Under the pieces are notes generated by a model. It made no database searches and was not told where the DNA came from. It saw nothing but the letters and a program-made list of their open reading frames with translations. A stretch of DNA of 63,795 nt, filler included, from Collodictyon triciliatum (lineage: Eukaryota), in assembly GCA_043381765.1 (NCBI GenBank). It is 4 parts of 4 records of this genome, joined end to end, with 100 filler letters (N's around TTAATTAATTAA, not from the genome) between each part and the next. Parts side by side here need not be neighbours in the genome. Positions count along the whole stretch, not along the records: positions 41,969 to 56,831 come from JBHJMP010001218.1; 3 more parts are not named here. The stretch is one strand, 5' to 3'. The first letter of the stretch is position 1; every line of letters starts with the position of its first letter. The position numbers and the translations under genes were made by a program. Positions 42,071 through 54,957 of the stretch are shown in pieces.

Positions 42071-42174
42071 GGAAAGTGCTTTCATCAAATATTTACCTCA
42101 ACCTTTTTACGACTTTGATATACTCTAATTTGCATCTCTAATAGTTAAATGTTTTAAATTTTTATTGTCACCAG

Positions 42175-43883
42175 AAAGGAGAGGGTTCTAAACAAGGAAA
42201 ACCTGATATGGACATTAATGAGGAGATTGTCAACGAAAACGAGGTTTTTCATTTTGCACATTCGATGAAAGAATCCCATTAAAATCGAATAATACTCGAA
42301 TTTTCAACCATCAGCATCGTATTTTTGAAAAGAGAAAATAAAAAAAGATTCATATAAATACGCCTATAGCCCAATTTCACACGAAACAGAGGACGGATTT
42401 TTCGGAAAAAGCGACCTCGTGCAACACTCAATCAACCTATGCAGTCTTCTCCTCCACTTTACGACTCATCTTTCCCATCTTCACCAAGCGGCCCATTATC
42501 TCCTCCACTTTCGCCTCCGATATCCCCTCCCAGCCATCGTGCCGATGCTTTCTCTTTTGAACAAACCATTCCAAAGGATGTGAACGTACATGATAGCCTC
42601 CCAGTTGTTTCGAATACCATCGAAACTCTCAAACAAGCATCACCATCAGCTGCGTCGGTTATGTCCTCTCGGATAGCCTTAATTGATGATGGGATGGCTG
42701 ACGTGGGTGGAGACGATGAGATTGATTATTCAGGTTGACTTCATCATTAGTGAGCATATTCAAATACATTTCATTTTATGCTCTCTTAAGGTATTGTATG
42801 TTTCTACATTTTTATCCTCATTCTTTCCTTTCTATCTTTCTTTATTTTGTCTTTCCTTTCTATCATATTGACTTCATAGAATCTCAACCAGCAAAGAGTG
42901 AAGCACACATTCCAATTTCTGAGACCAGCTTTGCACAATTCTCGAGTCTGAAAAGAGATTCATCTACTATGGGTATTTTTTTCTTTTTTCTTTTTTCTTT
43001 TCTTTTTTCTTTTTTTCTCTTTTCTCTTTTCTCTTTTTTCTTTTCCTCTTTTCCTTTTCCTCTTTTCTTTCTTTCGTCTTTTCCTTTTTTTCTTTATTTC
43101 TTTTTTCCTATTTTCCCATTTTCCTTTTTTCTCTTTTTCTCTTTTTCTCTTTTCTCTTTTTCTTTTTTTCGTCATCTCTTCCTCGTCAAAATGGCTCGTT
43201 TATTCAATAACCTGATAATGACCAAAAAAATTCCTACAAATACTAACCAGAAACAAATTGTGGTACAAGCAGTTTTCCGATTGCTGTGAGTTGGGTTAAA
43301 CATAAATTATTCACAAAAATGAGATAAAGCCATAAAATAATTCCCATACTCCCAAGAACCCACACAAATATCAACCTTTATTTTCCCTCTGGCTGTTTTA
43401 TAATTGGTAATTAAAATAGATAGTGGACACGAAGGTGAATCGCGTTCGTTCTTTGCTCTTCAAAGAAATCCGTAAACCAATGACAGGTTTTTTTTTTTGT
43501 ATATAAAACATTATCTACAAAGAAAGTGACCAAATTATGCAAATATTACATAGCAATAATTACATGCAAAAAGACCCCCTCTTGCCACATAAATAAAAAG
43601 TTTAGGCAAGCTCTATGTTTAATTCGAAGCAATTGTGTTTCCATCGTGAAATGCATACAGTAACACATCTATTTCCCAACCACTTTTTATATTAGATCTA
43701 TCCGTCATCATCGCTCTCCTAACAGAGCTCGAAGGTTTGTTATTTGTCCCACTATTTACTTTTCATTTCCATTTTTTAAATAAAAACACATACTCACACC
43801 TAACCCATCTTCTGTCACTGCTTCAGAAAAAACAATATTACAATATAAGGAGAATCGAAGAACAGACAATATTTATATTTTAA
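42175..43883 (+). CDS. Hypothetical protein, 3' exons (Ser/Pro-rich region, short helical C-terminus); 5' lost in gap
   Basis: Phase-compatible exons: KGEGSKQ..., SPPLSPPISPP..., ETNCGTSSFPIA|IVDTKVNRVRSLLFKEIRKPMT|DLSVIIALLTELE|EKQYYNIRRIEEQTIFIF*. Confidence 0.65.
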
Positions 43884-44540
43884 GAAAAGGAAACGAATAA
43901 AAGACAGATATTTTTCAACCAAATCCTATTTAACATGGCGGATTCCACTCCCTGAAAAAGGCGAAAGCATCGACGTCAAGTCCAGCGTGTCGGCGTCCAT
44001 GTGGGAATTGATGCAATTGCTCGGCAAGTCGTCGCTAGCAGACAAGCTGTCTCAGAGACTTTCATCCGCCTCGACTTCCAATCCCTGAGCAACAACCCCC
44101 ATTTTCATGTGTCCAAACTCTCCTTTTCGGCCGCCCATTGTGTTGGTCAGAGTGCAGCATAAAAATATCAACGCAATCTCCTCACACAATAAACCAAACA
44201 ATACAAAATGAAAAAAATATATATAGGAAATTGTCAATCACAACGCATCACGCTGTTCCCTCGAACGGCTTTTTATCAAAGTATGGGATTTAATAAGTCA
44301 TATTGGTTATATCATGGCATACCTTTTCGAATCTTCGTTTTCTGCTTTGTGTCAAACTATAATCCTTTGGATGAGAGTCAGTTCTTCTCTATGTTGCCGG
44401 ACGAAGCAAAGCGAATCTAGTGTATACAAACTCAATACATTGTACCACACAACCCACTCGCAGAAAGTCACAAAAGGTTCTTGGGCCAAGCTGCACTTTC
44501 CAGAGTCATCGTTTTCCTGGTCTCTGCAACGAAGCGCGCT

Positions 44541-46895
44541 ATGCAGTCGTGCTTTAGAACAGTGATCCAAAAGATCGCGCCTCCAAATGAAGTGGCTCCC
44601 TTTTCCGATCCGCAAGTGGGCGTTGAGGCAGGATTGAGCGCAGCAATTCCACCCCAATTAGAGCACTCTTTGCAAAGTCAGCCTTATGATATGCCGCACG
44701 AGAATCGCCAGTCTCACACAAACATTCCAAACAAAGCTCTCATGTTTGACTGCAATATGTTTGTTCATGTCAACGCTTCCGAATCTATCGCCGCGCTCCT
44801 GTTTGGGCGCTCGGTTGCCGATTTTATGGATACGCACTATTACAAAAACAAGTTTTTATCAAACAGTCTCTTCCTTGTGTGGGCTCTGGCTAACCTTCTG
44901 TCTGTACTGTATCTAACAGTGCGAACTCCAGTCTCAGTTTTGCTGGGAGATATACTCTGTCCTATCGCCACCCTATTTCAGGTACTAACTTTTCTCAAGC
45001 TGAATGCAGCCATGACCCGAGAAATAATCTCATCCTTTGAAACTGCCTTTCTGCTGGCTGTGTCGACCTTACAAGTGTATTCATGCTTCGATATGATTGG
45101 TCTCACACGTTCATCCGTTCTTCGCTTCGTATTGCTCATCATAGCACAGTGTACAGCCATTTTGAGTGAGGCTTTTCCACGGTCAACTCTGGGCTTTGAA
45201 AAGAAATGGGCAAATTTAATGCTATTAAGAAATCGTATTAACAAACAAATTGGTATAGATGATATATTTATCAGAAATGATGGCATGAGCCCCTCTCCCG
45301 CTTTACTCAACAAATTACGATGCTCTATCAAGGAAGAAAACTGTCATATATTGGTTGACCGTGTTGAGATGGTATTAAAACCAAATCCTATGTGGCCTGT
45401 CAGATATAGAATCGAGTGGGTTGTGAAAAAAGCGCTCTTATACACAGACTTGTTTTATATGATTGCCTATGGAGTTGCAATATCCATGACCTTATTTTCG
45501 TATGTTTCTGTCTCTCTCGAGTCTATTTATATAAATACAGACACTGTTTACGACATCCTGTGGTTACATTTTCGCTTGTCGGATTTATTTCGCTCCACTT
45601 GCATCACAACAGCAACCTTCTTTATGAAAAAAATGGTAATTATGGTAATGAATCCGCTGCATGTTACCAGCATCCAAAAATCTCAAATAATCTTACCCAT
45701 CCTGGAAGAGTGGAATGTTTTGATGCCCAGCACTGAAGAAAAAATAATATACCAGAAATTCATTAATGAATATCGTCAAATAAAAAATGCACATCAAATT
45801 CCTTACTCTCTGCATTTTAATGATTTAGGTACTGATTCAGATTCTCTTGCATCTGTGTCAGTCGAACACAATTCATCCAGTTTACATGCAGAAAAAAGAA
45901 CAAAATACCCCACTGTCATTCTTTCTTCAAGTGGTAAAGGAGAAATACTTGACACCAATACGTGCCTAGTGGACATGATGTCAAAGAAAATAAGCAAATT
46001 CACACAGACACCACGCAATTTCATACGAAAACGATTCAAAATGAATCTTTGCATATGGTTCGTCGGAATTATACTTTTATATGCATATTTTGGGACAGGA
46101 GTACAACAATATCAACTTGTCAGTGCACTTTTTATATCTGCATCGTTTGTAACTGTTGTATTGCAGCTATTTGATTCTATCGGCTCAATTATGATACAAG
46201 TTTTTACTCGCTTTGAGTCACTCTACCTGCTCGGCAATTTGATTCTTTTTGCATGGAGTTCTTCATGGTACCTCCCGAATAGCAAAGGTGCTTGGAGCTT
46301 CACATTCATCACACTTGCGCTCCTCGTTGTCGGTAACTTTTCTTTCGATGCAAAAGCACTCTCAATACGAGATGTCAAACGCCAGATAAAATGCATTTAT
46401 GAAAGCCGCAAATTTGAGCACAAAAGTAACTATCATCATAAAAAATTAAGTGTCATTATTCGTCAGTTTGGTGACAAACTTCGGTTACACATCCCATCGC
46501 CAATAACTTTTTCAACTCATAATGGGAGTAATAAATTTCCACCGGACCCGCAAGGAACTGTATCCATCAATCAATCTGAAAGTCATAACCACTCAGATTC
46601 TCTTAATGATGGCGAATTCCAAAATGAGCCAAATGCCGAAGGAGTTATTCATTTTCGTCACGCACTGCACCTTCATAAACTTTTTGGGAATGCAAGGTCT
46701 GCACTTGTTTTTTGCTCCTTGATTCCGCTTCTTTGTCTTTACTCCATGGTTGATTTTGCTGTGATTCAGTCACCAAACTATGGACAGATTCGAATCGGTG
46801 GCGCCTCGTGGGATAATATCTCGGTTTTGAAGGCCTCTCGGAAATATCATTATTTTCTTGCTGAAGAGATTTACCACCAGTTTATTTTATCCTGA
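44541..46895 (+). CDS. Intronless multipass membrane protein of about 780 aa with two internally repeated TM modules
   Basis: Long ORF in AT-rich DNA with many hydrophobic helices. Repeated pattern SSFETAFLLA...ILSEAFP versus TRFESLYLLG...FSFDAKA. Confidence 0.85.
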   Translation: MQSCFRTVIQKIAPPNEVAPFSDPQVGVEAGLSAAIPPQLEHSLQSQPYDMPHENRQSHTNIPNKALMFDCNMFVHVNASESIAALLFGRSVADFMDTHYYKNKFLSNSLFLVWALANLLSVLYLTVRTPVSVLLGDILCPIATLFQVLTFLKLNAAMTREIISSFETAFLLAVSTLQVYSCFDMIGLTRSSVLRFVLLIIAQCTAILSEAFPRSTLGFEKKWANLMLLRNRINKQIGIDDIFIRNDGMSPSPALLNKLRCSIKEENCHILVDRVEMVLKPNPMWPVRYRIEWVVKKALLYTDLFYMIAYGVAISMTLFSYVSVSLESIYINTDTVYDILWLHFRLSDLFRSTCITTATFFMKKMVIMVMNPLHVTSIQKSQIILPILEEWNVLMPSTEEKIIYQKFINEYRQIKNAHQIPYSLHFNDLGTDSDSLASVSVEHNSSSLHAEKRTKYPTVILSSSGKGEILDTNTCLVDMMSKKISKFTQTPRNFIRKRFKMNLCIWFVGIILLYAYFGTGVQQYQLVSALFISASFVTVVLQLFDSIGSIMIQVFTRFESLYLLGNLILFAWSSSWYLPNSKGAWSFTFITLALLVVGNFSFDAKALSIRDVKRQIKCIYESRKFEHKSNYHHKKLSVIIRQFGDKLRLHIPSPITFSTHNGSNKFPPDPQGTVSINQSESHNHSDSLNDGEFQNEPNAEGVIHFRHALHLHKLFGNARSALVFCSLIPLLCLYSMVDFAVIQSPNYGQIRIGGASWDNISVLKASRKYHYFLAEEIYHQFILS

Positions 46896-48106
46896 GCGAT
46901 GCCTTTCCATTCAAAAGCCTGTTCTTTGTATTCTACTTACAGACTCTGTTGTGTCTCTACTATTAACAAAGCATTGAAACTTGCACTTTGGAACCAATAA
47001 ATGAGAAACCCCGTATCTTGCAAGTGTTAGCTTTCTGATCTTACATCTTTTAAATCCTCTCCATAACAGATTCTAGCACGATTTTTTCTTGTATAAAATC
47101 CCAGCTGATTATTAAATCTAAATTGTATTCATTATCAGATGCGAACCGTTTCACATAGCTGGACAGTACATTCAGTAATAGGCTGCTTCGTTTTGTGTAG
47201 AATCCTAAACAATTGAGAATAATATGGAAACAAATAAAATGAACTAGACAATTTATTTTTATTAGCACACTGAAAGCTTCCTACATATGACACCAGAGAT
47301 AAATATCCAGAGACATTGAATTATTTGACACATGCTGATTTCGTGTGATACTGAGAAACATTCAGGAATAAACAAAATAGTGTCTGATAGTTTAATGAAA
47401 TATCCATAATTACACGCTGTGATGAATATGTTTAAGCACTAAGGTAATATGTATGATTTCTACGAAATTGCTAACTTTCTACTGAAGAAGGCTCAGAGTT
47501 TGCCGTTCAATTTTGCTGTGTGGAATCTAAAAAAGAGGCAGGGACATTTATTTAGAAACAGAAATATCATTTACCGGTAAACAAAGGACTGCATGATACA
47601 AGCATATGCCAAAGAATCATCCAAAAGCTTTTTTTAAAATGTAATAAAAAAAATATTATGCAACAAGCACGAAAACGAGGTGTAATTTCAAAAATCTTTA
47701 TAATTTCCAATAGAAGGGTTTTGCCATCTCAAGAGCCCAATATCTCATTAATTAACATTTTATAGATATTTGTCTTTTTTTCTCTGCGCTCACATTGAAC
47801 TCAGGCGATGTAAATTGATAAGCCAAAATACTTATTCAAAAGAATAACACCACATAATGAAGTATTTATGTTTCTTTTTAATAATTCATTATTTTTAGAT
47901 AAAGACGAGTTTAATTAAAGAAACTAAGCATCGGTTTAATTTGACTATAAAGAAAATGAATCAGAAACCACCTTCAGGTTTTTAAATGTTGGCATGGAAA
48001 TATAAAACAGGGAGGAAAATAACTAGATTCAAAAATATGATTCTAGCGGGAAAACGACTAATAATAATAACAATAACAATAATAATAATATAATGCAAAT
48101 AGAAAA

Positions 48107-48232
48107 AGAAATAGAAATAGAAATAGAAATAGAAATAGAAATAGAAATAGAAATAGAAATAGAAATAGAAATAGAAATAGAAATAGAAATAGAAATAGAA
48201 ATAAAAATAAAAATAAAAATAGAAATAGAAAT
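48107..48232. repeat. (AGAAAT)n microsatellite, intergenic
   Basis: Hexanucleotide array. Confidence 0.95.
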
Positions 48233-49745
48233 ATTTATAAGATTCAGGGAAAGGGCTTGAAGATATCATATAAAACGCAATTCATTTAAAGGATGACCGC
48301 CCACGCATTCTAAAAAGAACATACAGAAATAGTAATGCAATAAATTGTTATGCAAAGAAAAATTCATAACCGCCATTTGTAAGATTATATTTTAATGTAG
48401 CCAAAAAATGAGGAAATTAATCAAATAAAATCGAAATGTTTGGACTATTTTCTCCAAGAAATATGCTTTTCTTTCAAAAGTAAAAATTTCAAATTATGCC
48501 TTTTACCAAGAGTTCCTGAGTAAATTCATTTATTTGGTTTCCTAAATCAATCCAAAGTCAGGCAATACTTATACAATCAATATGCATTCATTTTGTCGAA
48601 TGATGCGAAGGTGACGACTTAAGTTTCATAAAAGGAGCTATATTAGGAAATATGATATTACGCTTAACATTCCTATGATATAAAAAAAGAGATGAAAACA
48701 AATTAAAATAAAATGTGTATTTAAAATACCGACGCCATATTCAGAAAAATGATGGCATAATGCTGAAAGAACAAATTGTGAAATAATTGAACTAAGTTCG
48801 ATTTAAAACTTAATCTCAAAGAATGACATATCAGCATGAAGACATCAATCGAGGAGAATAGCAAAGTTATTGTATGGTTCCATATTATTATTACACTGTT
48901 TTGTATGAATTATATGAGATTAAGAGCTATTGTTAATGAATATACAAAAAAATATTAGTATAAAAGAAAAAATTCTATAATTCATCATATTATCTTGTTT
49001 ACATTTTCGATCTAAAAAATCACAGACGAAATGGCTTGAATTATTTGAATTTTGGTAATTGCCTGTTAAAAGAAATGACTGATGTATGTTAACACGTTAT
49101 TCATTCAAAAGATGTCACGAATTCAATGCAACATCAGGCTACATAATAATCCCAGAGATTTGGTTTGCAGTCGCATATCGACGTAGTAGGTCACTGAGCA
49201 AACAAAATAAAAGGTTTACTACGAAGAACTCGTTCAAATGTTCTTGGATGTACTGGATGTATTCCTAAAGGAAAAAATATTGGATGATATTTTGTTGCGA
49301 TTGTCCAAAACATCACCTTAATCTACTTGGTGAAAGGATATTAGTCGATGAACCCTCGTGAGTGCATATGTACGTGGCGCCCAGTATTTTCAACCTGTCA
49401 AGAATTAAGACACGCAAGCACTGTTTCCACAATAAACTACTTTCACGGAAGATTCGATGATTGCCTTGTGCGAAAATAAGCCTTTTAGATATATGAACCA
49501 CCGAAAGATTCTGCGCTCTCGCTCTCACATCCGAAACATGTCATCCGACTCGCAATGTGACTGCCATACTCTGCGCTTGCACAACCACATTGCGGTAAAT
49601 CGCTCAAACAGCCTCCCTCTTCCAATTGCCCAGCAAGTTCTCATAAAAAAAACCTGCACCACGCAGCGCTTACACACAATCTAATCCCCTGACACAAACC
49701 ATACCCAGAACCCGACCAGACGGTCGCAAACCTGCTTCGTTGGCA

Positions 49746-51326
49746 ATGTCTAAGTATCTTGTGAACCCGGAAAAACAGCTATATTTCCCATATAGCGACA
49801 ACTTAACAAAAAGGACAGAACTAGACTATCATGACTATAGCCGGGGTGAAAGTGATCGTATCCTTAGAAAGGTTCCCCAAAAAGTTTTAGAAATGACCAG
49901 TTTAGTCGTTTTGCGTCTTTGGTTCCAAGAGCTGTCATCCTTACCCCCAGGAATATCACATCTGACGTGCCTCACAGAACTTCATGTAAGTTACAATCGC
50001 CTGTCATCACTGCCCCCAGAGATATCGTCCTTGGTGCGCCTCAAACGGCTTTATGCTTATGCGAATCAACTGTCAACGCTGCCTCCAGAGATATCCGGCT
50101 TGAGGCTTCTTTATCTGTTGTCGATCTATGCCAACCCTGTAAGCTTTTTTTTTTTATGTTTTTTTATGTTTTTTTAATAAGCCAGGAGATAATGTCTGAT
50201 TACAAGATATGCACAGATGAAGGAGCTTCCGCCGCAAATTACAGCGCTAACAAATCTCGGAAGTCTTTCGATAAGTTACGATGGCAGAAAAACAATAAGT
50301 AGAGCTCCGCGTGGCATCTCAAACCTTCCGTGCTGGAATGACACAAGAGAGGGTGGACAAATCAGATGCCTTAATTTCTATGAAACAGTAATTGACACAA
50401 AATGGCTCCATATTATGCCAGCTATCTAACCAGATTCTATGTGCAGATCGGGTCGATAGCAGAGCTGGAATGGAAACCAATAGCATCTCAAACTCGATAC
50501 AGATCCCTCAATCTGTTCGGCATGGGCCTAACTACACTGCCCGACAGCATCTCACTCCTGCAGAGCTTGACATACTTGCGTCTGGCAAGAAATCGAGTAA
50601 TTATCACAGCTAGATGTAACTCTCGAAACCGGCAAGTTCTAACAATAACAAAATAGTTCACCCTACTCCCCGAGGTCATTTGTTCCATAGCTTCTATCAA
50701 GTATTTAGATATCTCAGATAACGAGGTACTAACTAAAATGTCACATTATGAAAGTGATACTGATACCGTGTCTTTGGTTCATAGGCACATAAATATACAT
50801 ATTTTAATCTGAAGGAAAACTTGCATACATAAATTAGCTGACCAGCATCCCTGAAAAAATCAATCAACTCTGCAACCTTGAGATTTTGAATGTCTCAGAC
50901 AATAAGGTGAGGCAAACAACGCGCTTCATTCAATCATTGGAAAAAATTCTTACTTTTGCGCAATTTCTTTTAAGAAAAAAGTATAAAAAAAGAAATGAAA
51001 AGAAAAGACACATTAAATTATCGCCTTCGATTAAAACAAATATGGAATATATATGTTCCCTTTTCATAACCGTACCAAATTAAACAAATTCTTTGGATGT
51101 AACCACACAGATAGTCGAGCTTCCAAGCTTTCATCCGTGGTCAGAAAGTATGGCGGCTGGGAGCTATTTGAGTCGGATGCTATGGACGAAAATGGAGATT
51201 ACAGGCCCAGCACCATTCGGTCTTCATCTTCTTGCGCCTCTCCTTTTGTGTCTCCTTTATTTCCTTGTTTTCTCGTCAAGACAAGATGAAACAATTACAC
51301 TGACTACAAACTCCTTGTCCGAATAA
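49746..51326 (+). CDS. Leucine-rich-repeat protein (23-aa LxxLPxxIxxLxxLxxLxLxxN type), multi-exon; 3' end uncertain
   Basis: LSSLPPGISHLTCLTELHVSYNR, LSSLPPEISSLVRLKRLYAYANQ, LTTLPDSISLLQSLTYLRLARNR, LTSIPEKINQLCNLEILNVSDNK. Confidence 0.88.
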
Positions 51327-51439
51327 ACTTTAGAACTAACGCACATATATAAAACCGTCTGTTAAATCATTTTTTAACACAGAAGGGAGAACATTAGCTA
51401 TTTTTCAGATACATATTAATATATCCTCCTCAAATGTAT

Positions 51440-52230
51440 TTTGCGAATCACGATATCATTCGATCATTTATTTTGTTTACACAAACTTCGCGCTTTTTTA
51501 AATCAGCTATCCGCCTTATTCACCTTTTGGCTGAAGAAAAACAAAATGAGGAAGTTAATATTAGACTAACCCACAAAGCACGGCTACGATGCAAGATATG
51601 GCTGTTCGATGCGATTACCAAAAACCAGCGAGCAGATATCTGGCGAGCTTCATCANNNNNNNNNNNNNNNNNNNNNNNNNNNNNNNNNNNNNNNNNNNNN
51701 NNNNNNNNNNNNNNNNNNNNNNNNNNNNNNNNNNNNNNNNNNNNNNNNNNNNNNNNNNNNNNNNNNNNNNNNNNNNNNNNNNNNNNNNNNNNNNNNNNNN
51801 NNNNNNNNNNNNNNNNNNNNNNNNNNNNNNNNNNNNNNNNNNNNNNNNNNNNNNNNNNNNNNNNNNNNNNNNNNNNNNNNNNNNNNNNNNNNNNNNNNNN
51901 NNNNNNNNNNNNNNNNNNNNNNNNNNNNNNNNNNNNNNNNNNNNNNNNNNNNNNNNNNNNNNNNNNNNNNNNNNNNNNNNNNNNNNNNNNNNNNNNNNNN
52001 NNNNNNNNNNNNNNNNNNNNNNNNNNNNNNNNNNNNNNNNNNNNNNNNNNNNNNNNNNNNNNNNNNNNNNNNNNNNNNNNNNNNNNNNNNNNNNNNNNNN
52101 NNNNNNNNNNNNNNNNNNNNNNNNNNNNNNNNNNNNNNNNNNNNNNNNNNNNNNNNNNNNNNNNNNNNNNNNNNNNNNNNNNNNNNNNNNACCGATGAGG
52201 TAATTGCCCAAAGCACTCAGGGGTTGTGCA
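51440..52230 (-). mobile_element. Possible degenerate non-LTR retrotransposon ORF2 3' fragment spanning a sized gap
   Basis: The minus frame reads ARWFLVIASNSHILHRSRALW with nearby stops, loosely like a LINE ORF2 C-terminus. The adjacent unresolved gap suggests a repeat. Weak. Confidence 0.25.
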
Positions 52231-52289
52231 GTTTTCTTACACTGTTCGTTTTTTTTTTCGCCATCGCATTTTATCGAGAGAAAACAAAG

Positions 52290-52820
52290 CTGAGGAAACC
52301 GCCTTCGCCTTTACGACAAAAATGAGCTGTGTACAAGGCAGTGGAAATCCCCAAATTATGTGGTCAGAGTTTTTGTGTTTTGTGTGGAGTAAGAAAAAAA
52401 GGAAAGAAAAAAAAGGAGAGAAAGTGTTCTCACACGCAGACTATTCTGCCCGAGGTGATTCAGCTCCAACGCGGTTTCTGGTTGTATTCGAGACTAACAG
52501 AAGAGCGGATAGAGTTGTCGGTTCGATGAAAGTACGCAAGCCATTCCCCACCAAACTCTTCTCAGTCATGCCAAATAAACTGAAATGAAACCGTAAAAAA
52601 ATCCTATTTCATTCCACGGGATAAGTCTTTTGAGGGGACAACGGGTCACTTTCCTTGCGTTTCTTGTTGGGCGACTTAGACAAAAAGCGATACCTCGTTG
52701 TTTGTCTGGTATTATCGGAAGTGGCGCTTGACCGTCCCCTGGTTTCGGAACCATGCGTAGCCGGCAGTGGACTTTGCTTAACCGGTGTATGGCTATTCGT
52801 TTGTGGTTTTAGAAAAATAC
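52290..52820. repeat. Diverged direct repeat, copy A (copy B at about 54958-55630)
   Basis: Shared blocks include TTCGAGACTAACAGAAGAGC, CAACGGGTCACTTTCCTTGCGTTTCTTGTTGGGCGACT and ATTATCGGAAGTGGCGCTTGACCGTCCCCTGG. Confidence 0.92.
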
Positions 52821-53260
52821 GCTCCTGCTTGCTCGGACTGTTTTTGGTGTGTGAAGTTTCAAGCTTGGATTCGACTTGTGCTGTTTGCTCTTGCTCCTTG
52901 GTTCTCGGTGCGACGGGCTGGGGCAGGGTAAACGGACTATCTTTGGTGGGCGCTGGTTCTTGTGTTGCCTTCGCTTTGGAGCATCCTTTCGGATAAGTAG
53001 CGAAGACTGCCTTGATGACCTCCTATGTTAACCATATTCACGTCAGTCTGAACGGGTAGTTAAGGGGATTTCTTTCGGGGTTTGGAGATGCGCTGCTCTT
53101 GGGTCTTGCGATGTGCGGGCTTGTCCAGTATTGGCGGTTGAGGGCTCGAGTGCGAGGATTCCGAAGAGGAACCGAGATTTCCTTCCATGTCATCGTCGCT
53201 GTCGCTGTATGCGCGTATCTGCTGTGAGTCTTGGGGAACATTGTTACATATCTGCACCAT
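52606..53260 (-). pseudogene. Disrupted or uncertain low-complexity S/P/K-rich ORF overlapping repeat copy A
   Basis: The frame EVIKAVFATYPKG...SKSPNKKRKESDPLSPQKTYPVE* is open over about 52606-53024. The upstream part does not splice or join cleanly, and the homologous frame in copy B has an in-frame TAG. Confidence 0.4.
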
Positions 53261-53578
53261 GTTTTATGCATGTGGTCTAGCATTAATACGGCACAAACAA
53301 GCGGCAAAGTATTGATGAGCGATATATTCCAGAGGAGGCAGCCTAATCCATTTGCGGTGGGTGAATGGCCAAAGCAGTTTTAGCCAACCAAGTCGAACAA
53401 AATCCCAAAGCCAAACACACTCACCCACACACACCAAAATGAAAAAACCAACACAGACGGACACTCACTGGATGCATTGTTACCACCGACGCAAACTCCC
53501 TCACTCCCTGACTCACATAAAACATAAAAAAAAATAATATGATCACTTTGAACAAAGGACAAACGCCGCTGCTCCTTC

Positions 53579-54634
53579 ATGGCGACTGTCCACCAGAGAG
53601 CCACGCGCAAAATCTTCAAGCACATTGTGGACATGATGGCCGCCCAGACCGTCTCCACCTTTGCCCAACTCGGTATCCCGGATGTTATGCAGGATAAAGA
53701 GATGACGGCAGGCGAGGTTGCAAAGCTGGTGGGAACAAACGACGACGCCACACGCAGGCTTCTTCGGGCTGTCTGTGCACTGGGCTATGTCCAGGAGAAC
53801 AGCCACTCGAGAGAGACGCGCCAAGAGCTCTACAGCCTGACCGAAGAGGGCCAATATCTCCGGAGTGACATCGAAGGCAGCCTTCGAGCGACCATCATTT
53901 CCGAGTTTGACCAGCCGCATCGCCTGGGTTGGGGCCTTCTGAAAGAGTGCATCCGAGAAGGAAAGAGCTGCATGGCGGAGGCCCTGGGAAAGGACTTGTG
54001 GGGATACTACAGAGAAAACCCTGCTGATGGCGCCATGTTTGCGGCCCACATGTCTGGCGTGACTGTCATGGACACACACGCTGTGACGGCCGCGTATGGT
54101 TTCGAAGGGGCGAAAGGAAAGATCGAAACCATCGTCGATGTCGGCGGGTCTGAGGGCGCCCTTCTCGCGGCTTTCCTGAACCGCTTCCCAACCGCACGAG
54201 GCATTGTTTACGACTTGCCGGAGGTTGCTGCTCGCACAGCCCAGAACATCCCGGCCAGGTTCTCTGAACGGATGACAGCCCAGGGTGGGGACTTCTTTGA
54301 GTCAGTTCCAGAGGGCGATGCTTATCTTTTGAAAATAATCCTGCATGACTGGGACGATGATGCCTGCATCACCATTTTAAAGAATATCGCCAAGGCTATG
54401 CGACCTGGCGCGGTCTTGGCCATCGCCGAGATATTTGTCCCTCAGAATCCTGCCTCTGCGCCGGACCCGCTTCCATTCTGCATCGACATGAATATGCTCG
54501 CTGTTTGCGATGGCGGGCGCGAGAGGACTACACAAGAATACTCACTCTTGCTATCAACCGCGGGACTGGCACTCGCTCGCGTGGTCCAAACGCTATCGCC
54601 TCTTGTCGTCATGGAGGCAGTCAAGGAGACATAG
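53579..54634 (+). CDS. SAM-dependent O-methyltransferase (Methyltransf_2 with N-terminal dimerisation domain), intronless
   Basis: QLGIPD, RRLLRA, IVDVGGSEG (motif I), GIVYDLPEV, GDFFESVPEGDAYLLKIILHDWDD (catalytic His), GGRERT. Confidence 0.96.
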   Translation: MATVHQRATRKIFKHIVDMMAAQTVSTFAQLGIPDVMQDKEMTAGEVAKLVGTNDDATRRLLRAVCALGYVQENSHSRETRQELYSLTEEGQYLRSDIEGSLRATIISEFDQPHRLGWGLLKECIREGKSCMAEALGKDLWGYYRENPADGAMFAAHMSGVTVMDTHAVTAAYGFEGAKGKIETIVDVGGSEGALLAAFLNRFPTARGIVYDLPEVAARTAQNIPARFSERMTAQGGDFFESVPEGDAYLLKIILHDWDDDACITILKNIAKAMRPGAVLAIAEIFVPQNPASAPDPLPFCIDMNMLAVCDGGRERTTQEYSLLLSTAGLALARVVQTLSPLVVMEAVKET

Positions 54635-54957
54635 ACACTTGCAGTTGAAGCGCCACTGCAATCAGTCCACTAAAAAAAATTATCATTTACTCTTTATGTG
54701 AGGGAACTGGATGCCCTATTGTTTATTTTTTATTTTTTTTAGTTGTTTCGTTAATTTCAAAGCGTATCGAGAGACGAAAACAATGAAGAGTCCATCTACA
54801 ACTTTTCAGATTCAAAAAGATAAGCTGCTGGTGGTATGGTGAAAAAAAAATCGCCTTATGATTTTGAGTGTTAGTGATTTGCTCATAAAAAAAATAGAAA
54901 CATATAGAAAAAGAGAAAGAAAAAAATCAGTTTAATATACTCGCTGATATCGCAGAA

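Noticed and set aside
48500-49350. Possible decayed Harbinger-like transposase (SNVLGCTG resembling NxxGxIDG)
   Set aside because: A single weak motif with many stops and no terminal inverted repeats seen; unsupported without a search.
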